64,000 bases of DNA, from the NCBI GenBank assembly GCA_965242675.1, contig CBDESW010000039.1, positions 20,122-84,121 of the forward strand. Direction: 5' to 3'. The DNA comes from Dehalococcoidia bacterium. Lineage in GTDB: Bacteria; Chloroflexota; Dehalococcoidia; Lucifugimonadales; UBA1123. Of the stretch, positions 36,817 to 46,311 are shown in pieces. The notes beneath the pieces were generated by a model. That model made no database searches, had not been told where the DNA came from, and was given only the letters and a program-made list of their open reading frames with translations. Each line of letters begins with the position of its first letter. Positions within the stretch are counted from its first letter, which is position 1. Position numbers and translations under genes: made by a program.

Positions 36817-36850
36817 CGAACGCCCCATCGCGGATAAGCGCGTTCGCCCC

Positions 36851-39067
36851 CTAAACCCCCGCCGCCGCTTGCGGCAAGCCTTCGCGGTACGCCGTTTCCA
36901 AATCCGACACCGGGACGCTCAGCATGTCGCCGATTGCCAGGGCGTCCCCGCCGACGGTTCCGATTCGGGCGATTGGGACGCTTTCGCGCTCGCAGGCGGC
37001 GATGGCTTTGGGCAGGTCGTCCGGCGCGATTGTTGCGATTATGCGCGATTGCCCCTCTCCGAACAGCATGGCGTCCCATCTGGCGGCGTTCGGCGCGTTC
37101 ACGTCCGCGCCGATTCCGCCGGATAGGCAACTCTCGGCGAGCGCGACGGCGATTCCGCCTTCCGCGCAGTCGTGGGCGCTTTTGGCGATTCCGCCGGCTA
37201 TCAGCGCGCGGCAGACGCGCTGGACGGCGATTTCCAGGCCGATGTCTATGCGCGGCGCGCCGGCTACCGTTCCGTGAACGCGCTCTAGATACTCGGACGC
37301 CGCCAGGTCGGCGGGGTCGGCGTCCAGCGCCTCGCGCCCCAGCAGGATTATCAGGTCGCCGGCGTCGCGGAAGGCGGGCGTCGCGCGGATTCGGACGTCG
37401 TCCGACAAGCCCAGCGCGCCCACTATGGGCGTGGGATGGATGCTCTCGCCGCGTGTCTCGTTGTACAGGCTGGCGTTGCCGCTTATCACGGGGGCGGCGA
37501 AACGGCGCGCGGCTTCCGCCATCCCCGCCACGGCGCGCTCCAGTTGCCAGTAAACTTCCGGTCGCTCCGGGTTGCCGAAGTTCAGGCAGTCTGTGAGCGC
37601 TATCGGAAGCGCGCCTACGCAGGAGACGTTTCGGCAGGCTTCCGCAACGGCTATCATCCCGCCCGCGTAGGGGTCGAGAAAGCATATCCGCCCGTTGCCG
37701 TCCGTCGACAGCGCGATTCCCTTCTCCGCGCCGCGAATCCGCAACAGGGCGGCGTCCCCGCCGGGGGGGATTACCGTGTTGGTCTGAACCTGATGGTCGT
37801 ACTGGCGATAGACCCATTCGCGGCTGGCGATGTTGGGCGACGCGAGCAAGTCCAAAAGAACGTCCGCCGGGGACGCCTGCGGAAGCGGAATCGCGGACAA
37901 GTCCGCATCGCGCAGGGCGGCGATTTCGGGGGATTCGGCGGACGGCGGGCGGTACAGCGGCGGGTCCGTGAGCAAGCCGACGGGGGCTTCGCCCACAATC
38001 TCGCCGTCTTGCAGAATCCGCGCCACGCTGTCCGACGTGGATTTCCCGATGACGTCCGCGCGCAGATCCCAGCGCTCGAACGCGGCGCGGACTTCGGCTT
38101 CCCGCCCCGCCTTGACGATTATCAGCATCCGCTCCTGCGACTCGCTCAGCATGACTTCGTAGGGCTGCATGCCGGATTCGCGGCGGGGGACTAGGGCGAC
38201 GTCTATCTCGACTCCGGCGCCGGCGGCGCGGGCGGCTTCCACGGCGGCGCTGGTCAAGCCCGCCGCGCCCAAGTCTTGGATTCCGACCACGGCGTCGCTC
38301 TGGGCGGCTTCGAGACAGGCTTCGATGAGCGTCTTTTCCATGAAGGGGTTGCCCACTTGGACGGTGGGGCGCAGCTCGCGCTCGTCCTCGAAAGAGCGCG
38401 ACGCCAAGCCGGACGCGCCGTGTATGCCGTCGCGCCCGGTGTCCGCGCCGACGAGCATCAGCAGGTTGCCCGGCTCCCCGACTGTGGCGCGGCGCAAATC
38501 GCCATGTCGCAGAATCCCCACGCACATGGCGTTGACCAGCGGGTTGCCGGCGTAGGACGGCGAGAATTGGATTTCGCCGCCCACGTTCGGCACGCCGATG
38601 CAATTTCCGTAGCCGGAGATGCCGGCGACCACGCCCCGAAACAGGCGGCGGTTGGCGGGGTCGTCCGGCGGCCCGAAGCGGAGCGAGTTCAGCAACGCCA
38701 CCGGGCGCGCGCCCATAGCGAAAATGTCGCGGACGATTCCCCCGACGCCCGTCGCCGCGCCTTCGTAAGGCTCCACGGCGGACGGGTGGTTGTGCGACTC
38801 TATCTTCATCACCGCCGCCCAGCCGCCGCCGATGTCCACCGCGCCGGCGTTCTCGCTGCCCGGCTCCACCAGCAGGCGGTCGGATGAGGCGGCGAACATG
38901 GACAGCAGCGGCTTGGTGTGCTGGTAGCCGCAATGCTCGCTCCAGAGCGAGCCGAACAAGCCCAGCTCCAGCGCGTTCGGCTCGCGCCCCAGCCTTTCCA
39001 CTATGGCTTCGTACTCGCCCTCCGTCAGGGCGAGGTCGTCCAGCGCTTGGCGCGTGTCGGCGTTCAA
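36851..39067 (-). CDS. purL: Phosphoribosylformylglycinamidine synthase subunit PurL (FGAM synthase II)
   Basis: Part of the 1003-aa ORF 36851..39862. A likely TTG start at 39067 overlaps the purQ stop. ..LTEGEYEAIVERLGREPNALELGLFGSLWSEHCGYQHTK.. and downstream PurM-like repeats. Confidence 0.9.
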   Translation of the reverse strand: MNADTRQALDDLALTEGEYEAIVERLGREPNALELGLFGSLWSEHCGYQHTKPLLSMFAASSDRLLVEPGSENAGAVDIGGGWAAVMKIESHNHPSAVEPYEGAATGVGGIVRDIFAMGARPVALLNSLRFGPPDDPANRRLFRGVVAGISGYGNCIGVPNVGGEIQFSPSYAGNPLVNAMCVGILRHGDLRRATVGEPGNLLMLVGADTGRDGIHGASGLASRSFEDERELRPTVQVGNPFMEKTLIEACLEAAQSDAVVGIQDLGAAGLTSAAVEAARAAGAGVEIDVALVPRRESGMQPYEVMLSESQERMLIIVKAGREAEVRAAFERWDLRADVIGKSTSDSVARILQDGEIVGEAPVGLLTDPPLYRPPSAESPEIAALRDADLSAIPLPQASPADVLLDLLASPNIASREWVYRQYDHQVQTNTVIPPGGDAALLRIRGAEKGIALSTDGNGRICFLDPYAGGMIAVAEACRNVSCVGALPIALTDCLNFGNPERPEVYWQLERAVAGMAEAARRFAAPVISGNASLYNETRGESIHPTPIVGALGLSDDVRIRATPAFRDAGDLIILLGREALDADPADLAASEYLERVHGTVAGAPRIDIGLEIAVQRVCRALIAGGIAKSAHDCAEGGIAVALAESCLSGGIGADVNAPNAARWDAMLFGEGQSRIIATIAPDDLPKAIAACERESVPIARIGTVGGDALAIGDMLSVPVSDLETAYREGLPQAAAGV

Positions 39068-39786
39068 TTCTCGCTCATCCTTCCCGAAACCGGCGCTTGC
39101 GTCAGGGATTGGACTATGGATTGGAATATCGCCAAGCCGTCCGTCCCGCCCAGCAGGGCGTCGCAGCATCGCTCCGGATGCGGCATCATGCCCAGCACGT
39201 TGCCGGCGCGGTTGGTCACGCCGGCGATGTTGCGTCGGGAGCCGTTGGGGTTGGATTCGGCGGTCGCCTCGCCGTCCGCGCCGCAGTAGCGGAATACGAC
39301 CTGCCCGTTGGCGTCGAGGGCGTCCAGGGTGGCGTCGTCCGCGTAGTAGCAGCCTTCGCCGTGCGAGATGGGGACGGAGAGGACGTCGCCGCGCTCGCAT
39401 CGGTTGGTGAAGGCGGTTCGGGCGTTCTCGACTCTCAGGTTCGTCCACTGGCAACGGAACTGCAGATGGGCGTTCCGCGTGAGCGCGCCGGGGAGCAGGC
39501 CGGCTTCGCAGAGTATCTGGAATCCGTTGCAGATGCCGATGACCGCGCCGCCGTCTTGGGCGAACTTCTCCACCGAGCGCATGATGGGCGAAAACCGCGC
39601 CAGCGCGCCCGCCCGCAGATAGTCCCCGTATGAGAAGCCCCCCGGCAGGATTACGCAGTCCACGCCGGACAAGTCCGCGTCCTTGTGCCAAAGGTATCGG
39701 GCGGACGCGCCCAGATTGTCGGTGACGGCGTGGAAGCAGTCCGCGTCGCTCCAAGTGCCGGGGAAGACTATGATTCCGAATCGCAT
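39064..39786 (-). CDS. purQ: Phosphoribosylformylglycinamidine synthase subunit PurQ (glutaminase)
   Basis: MRFGIIVFPGT..ILPGGFSYGDYLR..GICNGFQIL..MMPHPER has the class I amidotransferase triad. Confidence 0.9.
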   Translation of the reverse strand: MRFGIIVFPGTWSDADCFHAVTDNLGASARYLWHKDADLSGVDCVILPGGFSYGDYLRAGALARFSPIMRSVEKFAQDGGAVIGICNGFQILCEAGLLPGALTRNAHLQFRCQWTNLRVENARTAFTNRCERGDVLSVPISHGEGCYYADDATLDALDANGQVVFRYCGADGEATAESNPNGSRRNIAGVTNRAGNVLGMMPHPERCCDALLGGTDGLAIFQSIVQSLTQAPVSGRMSEN

Positions 39787-39803
39787 GAGCGCTTTTCCCC
39801 TTT

Positions 39804-40193
39804 CTACCGCCCGTTCGCGCCGTTTTCGGACGCCAGCGCGGTGACGCGGCGGACGAACTCATGCACCAGAGGGCGGTCTATCTCTATCTGGTAGTCCTCC
39901 TTGTTGTTGTAGTAGAAGTTTATGTGGAACCCCTCGGCGAGGCCGAACCGCGCTTCGATGAGCGGGTCGTTCAGCTCCGTTGCGAGTCGGAGCGCCGCGT
40001 TCTTCAGCGCGCGGTGGCTGCCGTGGTTCCAGCCCCTGCTTTCGGCGACGGCTATCACGGCGTGGGACGCCGCCCACCACAGTTTTTCGGACGCCTGCAA
40101 GACGTCGCCGGCGGCGAATTCGCGGTCGGAGTCCTCTAGGAAGCAGAACGCGGTTCGGATGTGGTCTTGGATTGTCATCGGCTCCGTGGTCAT
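39804..40193 (-). CDS. PaREP1-like (HEPN-clan-like helical) protein, tandem copy 1
   Basis: 129 aa. ..DREFAAGDVLQASEKLWWAASHAVIAVAESRGWNHGSHRAL..AEGFHINFYYN.. matches my memory of the PaREP1 signature (AEKLWGA..H..L..LH.NFY). Confidence 0.55.
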   Translation of the reverse strand: MTTEPMTIQDHIRTAFCFLEDSDREFAAGDVLQASEKLWWAASHAVIAVAESRGWNHGSHRALKNAALRLATELNDPLIEARFGLAEGFHINFYYNNKEDYQIEIDRPLVHEFVRRVTALASENGANGR

Positions 40194-40211
40194 GCGCTTT
40201 TCCCCCTTTCT

Positions 40212-40601
40212 TTACCGCCCGTTCGCGCCGTTCCCGGACGCCAGCGCGGTGACCTGGCGGACGAATTCGTGTACGTGAGGGCGGTCTAGCTCTATCTGGT
40301 AGTCCTCCATTGTGTTGTAGTAGAAGTTTATGTGAAACTTCTCGGCGGCGAGGAATCGCGTTTCGATGAGCGGGTCGTTCCGCTCGATGGCGAGACGTCT
40401 CACCGCGTTCTTCAGCGCGCGGTGGCTGCCGTGGTTCCAGCCCCTGCTTTCGGCGACGGCTATCACGGCGTGGGACGCCGCGCCCCACAGTTTTTCGGAC
40501 GCCTGCAAGACGTCGCCGGCGGCGAATTCGCGGTCGGAGTCCTCTAGGAAGCCGAACGCGGTTCGGATGTGGTCTTGGATTGTCATCGGCTCCGTGGTCA
40601 T
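40212..40601 (-). CDS. PaREP1-like protein, tandem copy 2
   Basis: 129 aa, near-identical to copies 1 and 3; 408-bp period. Confidence 0.55.
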   Translation of the reverse strand: MTTEPMTIQDHIRTAFGFLEDSDREFAAGDVLQASEKLWGAASHAVIAVAESRGWNHGSHRALKNAVRRLAIERNDPLIETRFLAAEKFHINFYYNTMEDYQIELDRPHVHEFVRQVTALASGNGANGR

Positions 40602-40618
40602 GCGCTTTTCCCCTTTCT

Positions 40619-41008
40619 TTACCGCCCGTTCGCGCCGTTTTCGGACGCCAGGGCGGCGACTTGGCGGACGAATTCGTGTACGTGAGGGCGGTCTAGCTCT
40701 ATCTGGTAGTCCTCCATCGTGTTGTAGTAGAAGTTTATGTGAAACTTCTCGGCGGCGAGGAACCGCGTTTCGATGAGCGGGTCGTTCCGCTCAATGGCGA
40801 GACGTCTCACCGCGTTCTTCAGCGCTCGGTGGCTGCCGTGATTCCAGCCCCTGCTTTCAGCGACGGCTATCACGGCGTGGGACGCCGCGCCCCAGAGCTT
40901 TTCGGACGCCTGCAGGACGTCGCCGGCGGCGAATTCGCGGTCGGAGTCCTCTAGGAAATCGAACGCGGTTCGGATGTGGTCTTGGATTGTCATCGGCTCC
41001 GTGGTCAT
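40619..41008 (-). CDS. PaREP1-like protein, tandem copy 3
   Basis: 129 aa, differs from copy 2 at only a few residues. Confidence 0.55.
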   Translation of the reverse strand: MTTEPMTIQDHIRTAFDFLEDSDREFAAGDVLQASEKLWGAASHAVIAVAESRGWNHGSHRALKNAVRRLAIERNDPLIETRFLAAEKFHINFYYNTMEDYQIELDRPHVHEFVRQVAALASENGANGR

Positions 41009-41025
41009 GCGATTTCCCCTTTTCT

Positions 41026-41424
41026 TTACCGCCCGTTCGCGCCGTTTTCGGACGCCAGGGCGGTGACCTGGCGGACGAATTCGTGGATTTCGGGGCGGTC
41101 TTGCTCTATCTCGAAGTCCTCCATCGTGTTGTAGTAGAAGTTTATGTGAAACTTCTCGGCGAGGCCGAACCGCGTCTTGATGAGCGGGTCGTCCAGCTCG
41201 GTGGCGAGCCGGAACACGGCGTTTTTCAGCGCGCGGTGGCTGCCGTGATTCCAGCCTCTGCTTTCGGCGACCGCTATGACGGCGTGGGACGCCGCGCCCC
41301 AGAGCTTTTCGGACGCCTGCAGGACGTCGCCGGCGGCGAATTCGCGGTCGGAGTCCGCCAGGAAATCGAACGCGGTTCGGATGTGGTCTTGGATTGTCAT
41401 CGGCGTTGGCGGCATGGCGCTCAC
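41026..41424 (-). CDS. PaREP1-like protein, tandem copy 4
   Basis: 132 aa, the most diverged copy. Its start overlaps the stop of the GatB/YqeY gene. Confidence 0.55.
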   Translation of the reverse strand: MSAMPPTPMTIQDHIRTAFDFLADSDREFAAGDVLQASEKLWGAASHAVIAVAESRGWNHGSHRALKNAVFRLATELDDPLIKTRFGLAEKFHINFYYNTMEDFEIEQDRPEIHEFVRQVTALASENGANGR

Positions 41425-41882
41425 AGGCTCCTGAGTTTTTCGGACACTAGGGCGCTGACGAGCTTGCCTTCGGCGCGCCCGCGCGCTTGGGGCATTATGG
41501 CGCTCATCACCTTGCCCATGTCGCGGGGGCCGGACGGCTGGACTTCCGCCACGGTTCGCTCGACCAGCTCGCGGAGCTCGTCCTCGCTCATCTGGCGCGG
41601 CAGGTACTCCGTTATCAGTTCCAGCTCCGCGCGCTCCTTCCGCGCCAGGTCTTCGCGCCCGGCGCCTTCGAACGCCTCGATGCTGTCGCGGCGCTGCTGG
41701 GCTTGGCGCGACAGCACCTGAACGGCGTCCGCGTCTTCGAGGTCGCGCTGGAGGCGAATCTCTTGGTTGCGGATTTCCGAGCGGATGTAGCGGATGACGT
41801 CGCGCCGCAGGGCGTCGCGCTCGCGCATCGCTTGCTTCAGGTCGTCTTCGAGTTTGGCTTTGATTTCAGACATTGTCCTCAC
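41421..41882 (-). CDS. yqeY: GatB/YqeY domain-containing protein
   Basis: ..IKAKLEDDLKQAMRERDALRRDVIRYIRSEI..ELELITEYLPRQMSEDEL..MGKVMSAIMPQARGRAEGKLVSALV.. is the YqeY family pattern. Confidence 0.8.
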   Translation of the reverse strand: MRTMSEIKAKLEDDLKQAMRERDALRRDVIRYIRSEIRNQEIRLQRDLEDADAVQVLSRQAQQRRDSIEAFEGAGREDLARKERAELELITEYLPRQMSEDELRELVERTVAEVQPSGPRDMGKVMSAIMPQARGRAEGKLVSALVSEKLRSL

Positions 41883-41940
41883 TTCCTTATATCTATTGCG
41901 AAAGAACGAATCGCCCGCGCGAACCCGCCCTTGCGGGCGG

Positions 41941-42340
41941 GCGCCCTCACCCCAGCTCTATCCCATAAAGGGCTTGCAGGGGTATGTTCGTGGCTGGCGA
42001 GACTGCGCCTAGCGGCGCAGACACCCTCACCCTAGCCCTCTCCCATCAAGGGAGAGGGGATTCATAGCTCGCGATTCAGGCTTGGTTTCCGTGAACATAC
42101 CCCTGTAAGCCCATCAGGGGAAAGGGGATACGCTGGCTTCAGTTCAGGTTTTGATTTCGGGTAGCTATCTTGTCCCCGCCTTCGCGAGGATGACGTTGTT
42201 GGTCGACTCTGGATTCCCGCCCCCGCTTCCGCGAGGGCGACGTTCTTGCGAGGGAATGACGGGGGCGGCGCGCGGAACGGGCAATCCGCGCCTAAATCCG
42301 TCAAATACACCTCTGAAAGCCCATCAAGGGAGAGGGGACG
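41941..42340. repeat. Modular intergenic repeat cluster (A-type hairpins x3, B, C, D variant, E)
   Basis: Contains ctgcgcctagcggcgcag, caccctcaccctagccctctcccatcaagggagaggggat, ttgtccccgccttcgcgaggatgacgttgttgg and tctggattcccgccccc..gagggaatgacgggg. It overlaps the 3' end of gltX. Confidence 0.85.
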
Positions 42341-43818
42341 CCGTTCGCGCCCTCTAGGGCGGATATGGCGGCGCGGATGGATTTCAGCGCGCGGTCGCGC
42401 CCGACCGCTTCTATGGATTCGAATATCGGCGGCGAAACCTTTTGGGCGGTCACGGCGGCGCGCAATGTTCCGAGCAGCTGGCCGACTTTGATTTCCAACT
42501 CCGCCGCCAGCGCCCTGAGCAGCGTTTCGATGGTCGGGGCGTCGAACGGCGCGGCGTCCGCCAGGCAATCGCGGGCGGCGCGCAGGGCGCGGACGGTTTT
42601 CGGGGCGTCCATCCCGCGCTGAATCAGGCTGTCGGCGTCCGGCGGCGCGCCGCCTTCGGCGAACATGAAGCGGACCAGCGGCGCGGCGTCCCGGAGCGTC
42701 TTCAGGCGGTTTCGGACGAGCGGGACGACTTTGGGCATGTCGTTGGCGCGCGGCTCGGCGTCGAACTCCGGCGGCGGGTCGTCGCGCCAGGCGCGCGCGA
42801 GGGCGGCGGCTAGGCGGTCGTCCGAGGCGCGCCGGATGTGCTGGCCGTTCAGCCACATGAGCTTGTCGGAGTCGAAAACGGCGTCCGAGCGGCTCACGCG
42901 CGCCAGGTCGAAGGCGGCGATCAGCTCTTCCGGCGAGAAAATCTCCGTTTCGCCGTCCAGCGACCAGCCCAGCAGGGCGAGATAGTTCATAAGCGCCTCC
43001 GGCAGAATCCCCATGCGGCGGTAGTCCATGGCGGACGCCGCGCCGTGCCGTTTGCTCAGTTTGGAGCGGTCGGGCGCGAGTATCACGGGCAGATGCGCGA
43101 AGGCGGGCGGCTGCCAGCCGAAGGCGGCGTACAGGCTCAGGTGGCGCGGAAGGCTGGGCATCCATTCCTTGCCGCGCGCCACGTGGGTGACGCCCATGCG
43201 ATGGTCGTCTATCACCGACGCCAGATGATATGTCGGGAAGCCGTCCGATTTCAGCGCGATGAAGTCGTCGTAGAGGCGGTTTTCGAACTCCAGCCTGCCG
43301 AAAACGACGTCGTCCACGACGGACGCGCCGCCGTCGGGCATGCGGAAGCGGACGGCGGGGCGCGCGCCGCGGGCGTCCAGGGCGGCGCGGCGGGACGGCG
43401 GCAAGTCGCGGCAACGCCCGTCGTAGCCGATGATTTCGTCCCCGCGCGCCTGCTGTTCGCGGCGGAGCGTCTCTAGGCGGTCGGGCGGGCAGTAGCAGGG
43501 ATACGCCAAGCCCGCGTCCGCCAGCCGCTCGGTTTCGGCGCGGTAGAGCTCAAGGCGCTCGGACTGGACGTATGGCGCGCGGGGGCCGCCGATGTCGGGG
43601 CCTTCGTCCCAGTCGAGTCCGATCCATCGCAGGGATTCGAGCATCGTCTCGACCGCGCCTTCGGTCTTGCGCCGCTGGTCGGTGTCCTCCACGCGGATGA
43701 TGAACGACCCGCCGCGCCGCCGCGCGTAGAGCCAGGCGAAAATGGCGGTCCTCACGTTGCCGACATGAGGGTCGCCGGTGGGGCTTGGGGCGAATCGGAG
43801 CGCGGTATGCGGTTTCAT
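42301..43818 (-). CDS. gltX: Glutamate--tRNA ligase
   Basis: ATG 43818 within ORF 42301..43935. RFAPSPTGDPHVGNVRTA (HIGH) and KLSKRHGA (KMSKS). Confidence 0.9.
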   Translation of the reverse strand: MKPHTALRFAPSPTGDPHVGNVRTAIFAWLYARRRGGSFIIRVEDTDQRRKTEGAVETMLESLRWIGLDWDEGPDIGGPRAPYVQSERLELYRAETERLADAGLAYPCYCPPDRLETLRREQQARGDEIIGYDGRCRDLPPSRRAALDARGARPAVRFRMPDGGASVVDDVVFGRLEFENRLYDDFIALKSDGFPTYHLASVIDDHRMGVTHVARGKEWMPSLPRHLSLYAAFGWQPPAFAHLPVILAPDRSKLSKRHGAASAMDYRRMGILPEALMNYLALLGWSLDGETEIFSPEELIAAFDLARVSRSDAVFDSDKLMWLNGQHIRRASDDRLAAALARAWRDDPPPEFDAEPRANDMPKVVPLVRNRLKTLRDAAPLVRFMFAEGGAPPDADSLIQRGMDAPKTVRALRAARDCLADAAPFDAPTIETLLRALAAELEIKVGQLLGTLRAAVTAQKVSPPIFESIEAVGRDRALKSIRAAISALEGANGVPSPLMGFQRCI

Positions 43819-43921
43819 GCTGTTGATTCTAGCGCAATTCGGTCGTCTGGGGTTAGGGCGCGCTTTCGCAGCCGCGCCGCTTTGCCCCTTCGCCGACTTT
43901 CCCCCTATACTCAAGCCTGGA

Positions 43922-46244
43922 ATGTCCCCAGCCATGAAAGCCGTTCTAAAACCGCCCGCGCCGGCAATCGCCGCCTTCTTCGCGCGCCATGCCCATCTCG
44001 TCGCGCTGGCGCTGTTCGCCGTTGTCGGAATCGCCGTCCTCGACGATTACGGAATCACGCTGGACGAGGACAATTTTCGAAAAATCGGCTACGCCGCTTT
44101 CAACTATGTTTTCGGCGACGCGGACAGTCTGACGGGCTACCAGCAGGGACATGAGATTTACTACGGCGTCGCCTTCGAGCTTCCCCTAGTCGCCGCCGAG
44201 CGCCTTTTGGGGCTGGAAGACCCGCGCGGCGCATTTCTGCTCCGCCGCCTGCTCACGCATCTCTTCTTCCTCGTCGGCGGATTCTTCGCGTGGCTGCTGA
44301 CTTATCGGCTGTTCGGGAATCGGCTCGTCGCCCTGTTCGCCATGCTGGTTTTCCTGCTGCATCCGCGCGTTTACGGACATTCCTTCTTCAACTCGCGCGA
44401 CGTGCCGTTCCTCAGCATGTTCATGGTTTCGCTGTATCTGATTCACCGCGCGTTTCGGCGGGATTCGCTCTGGGCGTTCGCCCTTTGCGGCGCGGGCGCC
44501 GCGATTCTGGCGAACATTCGGATTATGGGCGTCATGATTCCCCCCATCGTGTTGGGGACGCTGGCGCTTGACGCCTTTCACAGCATGAGACGCGGGGGGG
44601 GGGGGGGTAAAACACGCTCTCGCCAGCATGGGCGCGTTTTCAGCCGCGTTCGGCGCGATTTTCTACGCCGCCTGGCCGTTGCTGTGGAGCGAGCCGCTCG
44701 CGTGGATGGACGCGCTTCGGGTCTTGTCCGTTCACCCTACGCATGCAACCTCGATCTTTCGGGGCGGGATTGTTCAGTGGCCCCATATCCCCTGGGATTT
44801 CGTCCCGACGTGGATTCTGATAACCACTCCGCCGGTCTTTCTCGCGCTCGCCGCGATTGGGGCGGCTTGCGTCGCCGGTCTTTGCGCCGCCGACTGGCGC
44901 GGCGTGTTCGACAACTCGACCGCGCGGTTCGGACTGCTCGCCGCCGCCTGCCTGGTTCCGCCGGTCGCCGCCGCAATCGCGCTGAACTCCAACCTGTACG
45001 GCGACTGGCGGCACATGTTTTTTCTCTGGGCGCCGCTTTGCGTCTTGGCGGCTTTCGGATTGCGGGCGCTGGCGGATATTCCCAAGCCGCGCCTTCGCGC
45101 CGGGGCGTTCGCCATCGCCGCGCTCGGAATCGCCGCCGTCGTATTGCAAATGGCGGCTTTGCACCCATATCAAAGCGAATACTTCAGCCCGGCGCTCGAC
45201 AAGACCGGCCTCGCCGAGCGCTGGGAGATGAACTATCACATGGCGTCTTACAAAGAGGCGCTCGGCGAACTGCTGAAAATCCAGCCCGCCGGACTCATCG
45301 CCGTATTCGACGACAGCAACTACCGGACGCGCCGCCACATCAGGAGACTTTTCCGGCGGGAGGACAGAGCGCGATTCGCCTTCGCCGAGGAATATCCGTC
45401 CTACCGCGCCGCCGTTCTCATCGGAGGCGTCGTCTGGGACGGCGTCCGAGACGGCGTCCCCGTCTGGCGGCGCGAGGTTTACGGGGTTCCGCTCGCCGAG
45501 ATTTTCGACGTCCGCGCCGAATCGGAAGCCGCCTTCGATGTCGCCTACGCGGACGCGCGGGCGGCGAATATCGTGGCGTCCGCCGGCGGGTTCGACATCC
45601 GCGCGGACGGCGGTTCGCTCATCTATATAAAGGAAAACTGCGATGAATCCGATACGCGCGGACGGTTCCGCGCCCGCGTATTCCCGTCGCATCCCGCTCT
45701 TCTGCCCGCCGCCGCGCGGGATGCGGGGCGCGGCTATAAAGAGCTTGATTTCAACTTCTGGCGGAACGGGGGAATGTTCGGCGGCAGGTGCATGACGTCT
45801 GTGGCGCTTCCCGAATACCCCATCCGCGCCGTGGAGACTTATCAGACGGATGGCGGCTCCGAAGGCGATTCCGAGAGCGCCGTCTGGCGGGCATTCTGGA
45901 CGCTGGCGGACGCGCCCGCCGCTTCCGCCGGCGGATTCGACATATACGTCAACGGCGGAACGCTCACATACATCAAGCGCGGATGCGGCGAAGGGGATAG
46001 GCGGGGGCGCTTCTTCCTATCCATATTCCCAGCCGACGCCGCCGACTTGCCGCAATCCGCGCGCGACGCCGGCAGGGGGCATGAGGCGCTGAATTTCAAC
46101 TTCGAGGCATACGGCGAGACATCCGGCGGGGACTGCGTGATAAGCCGCGGGTTGCCGGATTACGCCATGGACCGCATCGAAACGGGGCAGTGGATCCCCG
46201 GCGAGGGGCATTTGTGGAGCGCGCGGATAGGGGTTGGGGAGTAG
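43922..46244 (+). CDS. Membrane glycosyltransferase (GT39/GT83-like, PMT_2-type) split by a frameshift in a G14 tract
   Basis: The N-terminal part is in the frame of ORF 43778..45646 (MSPAMKAV..DDYGITLDEDNF..FFNSRDVPF..). After 44594-44607 the sensible sequence continues in ORF 44628..46244 (multi-TM, then two ~90-aa repeats). Deleting one G joins the frames. Confidence 0.65.
44594..44607 (+). repeat. Homopolymeric G14 tract
   Basis: Direct reading: cgc gggggggggggggg taa. Confidence 0.95.
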
Positions 46245-46311
46245 GGGGTTGGCGGACGGATCCGCGGATTCCCCGCGCATGCGCTTATGGGGCATGTTTG
46301 GGGCTGGCGGA

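Noticed and set aside
36708-38933. The 741-aa ORF 36708..38933 and many 100-300-aa ORFs overlapping purL, groEL (28185..29636, 28385..29818), gltX (42062..43414), DUF1800 (15560..16573), AIR-synthase-like (3346..4188), glyQS (47290..48522) and CotH (51598..52563).
   Set aside because: They have extreme Arg/Gly/Pro composition and no motifs. They are always out of frame with or antisense to a well-supported conserved gene, which is typical of spurious ORFs in high-GC DNA.
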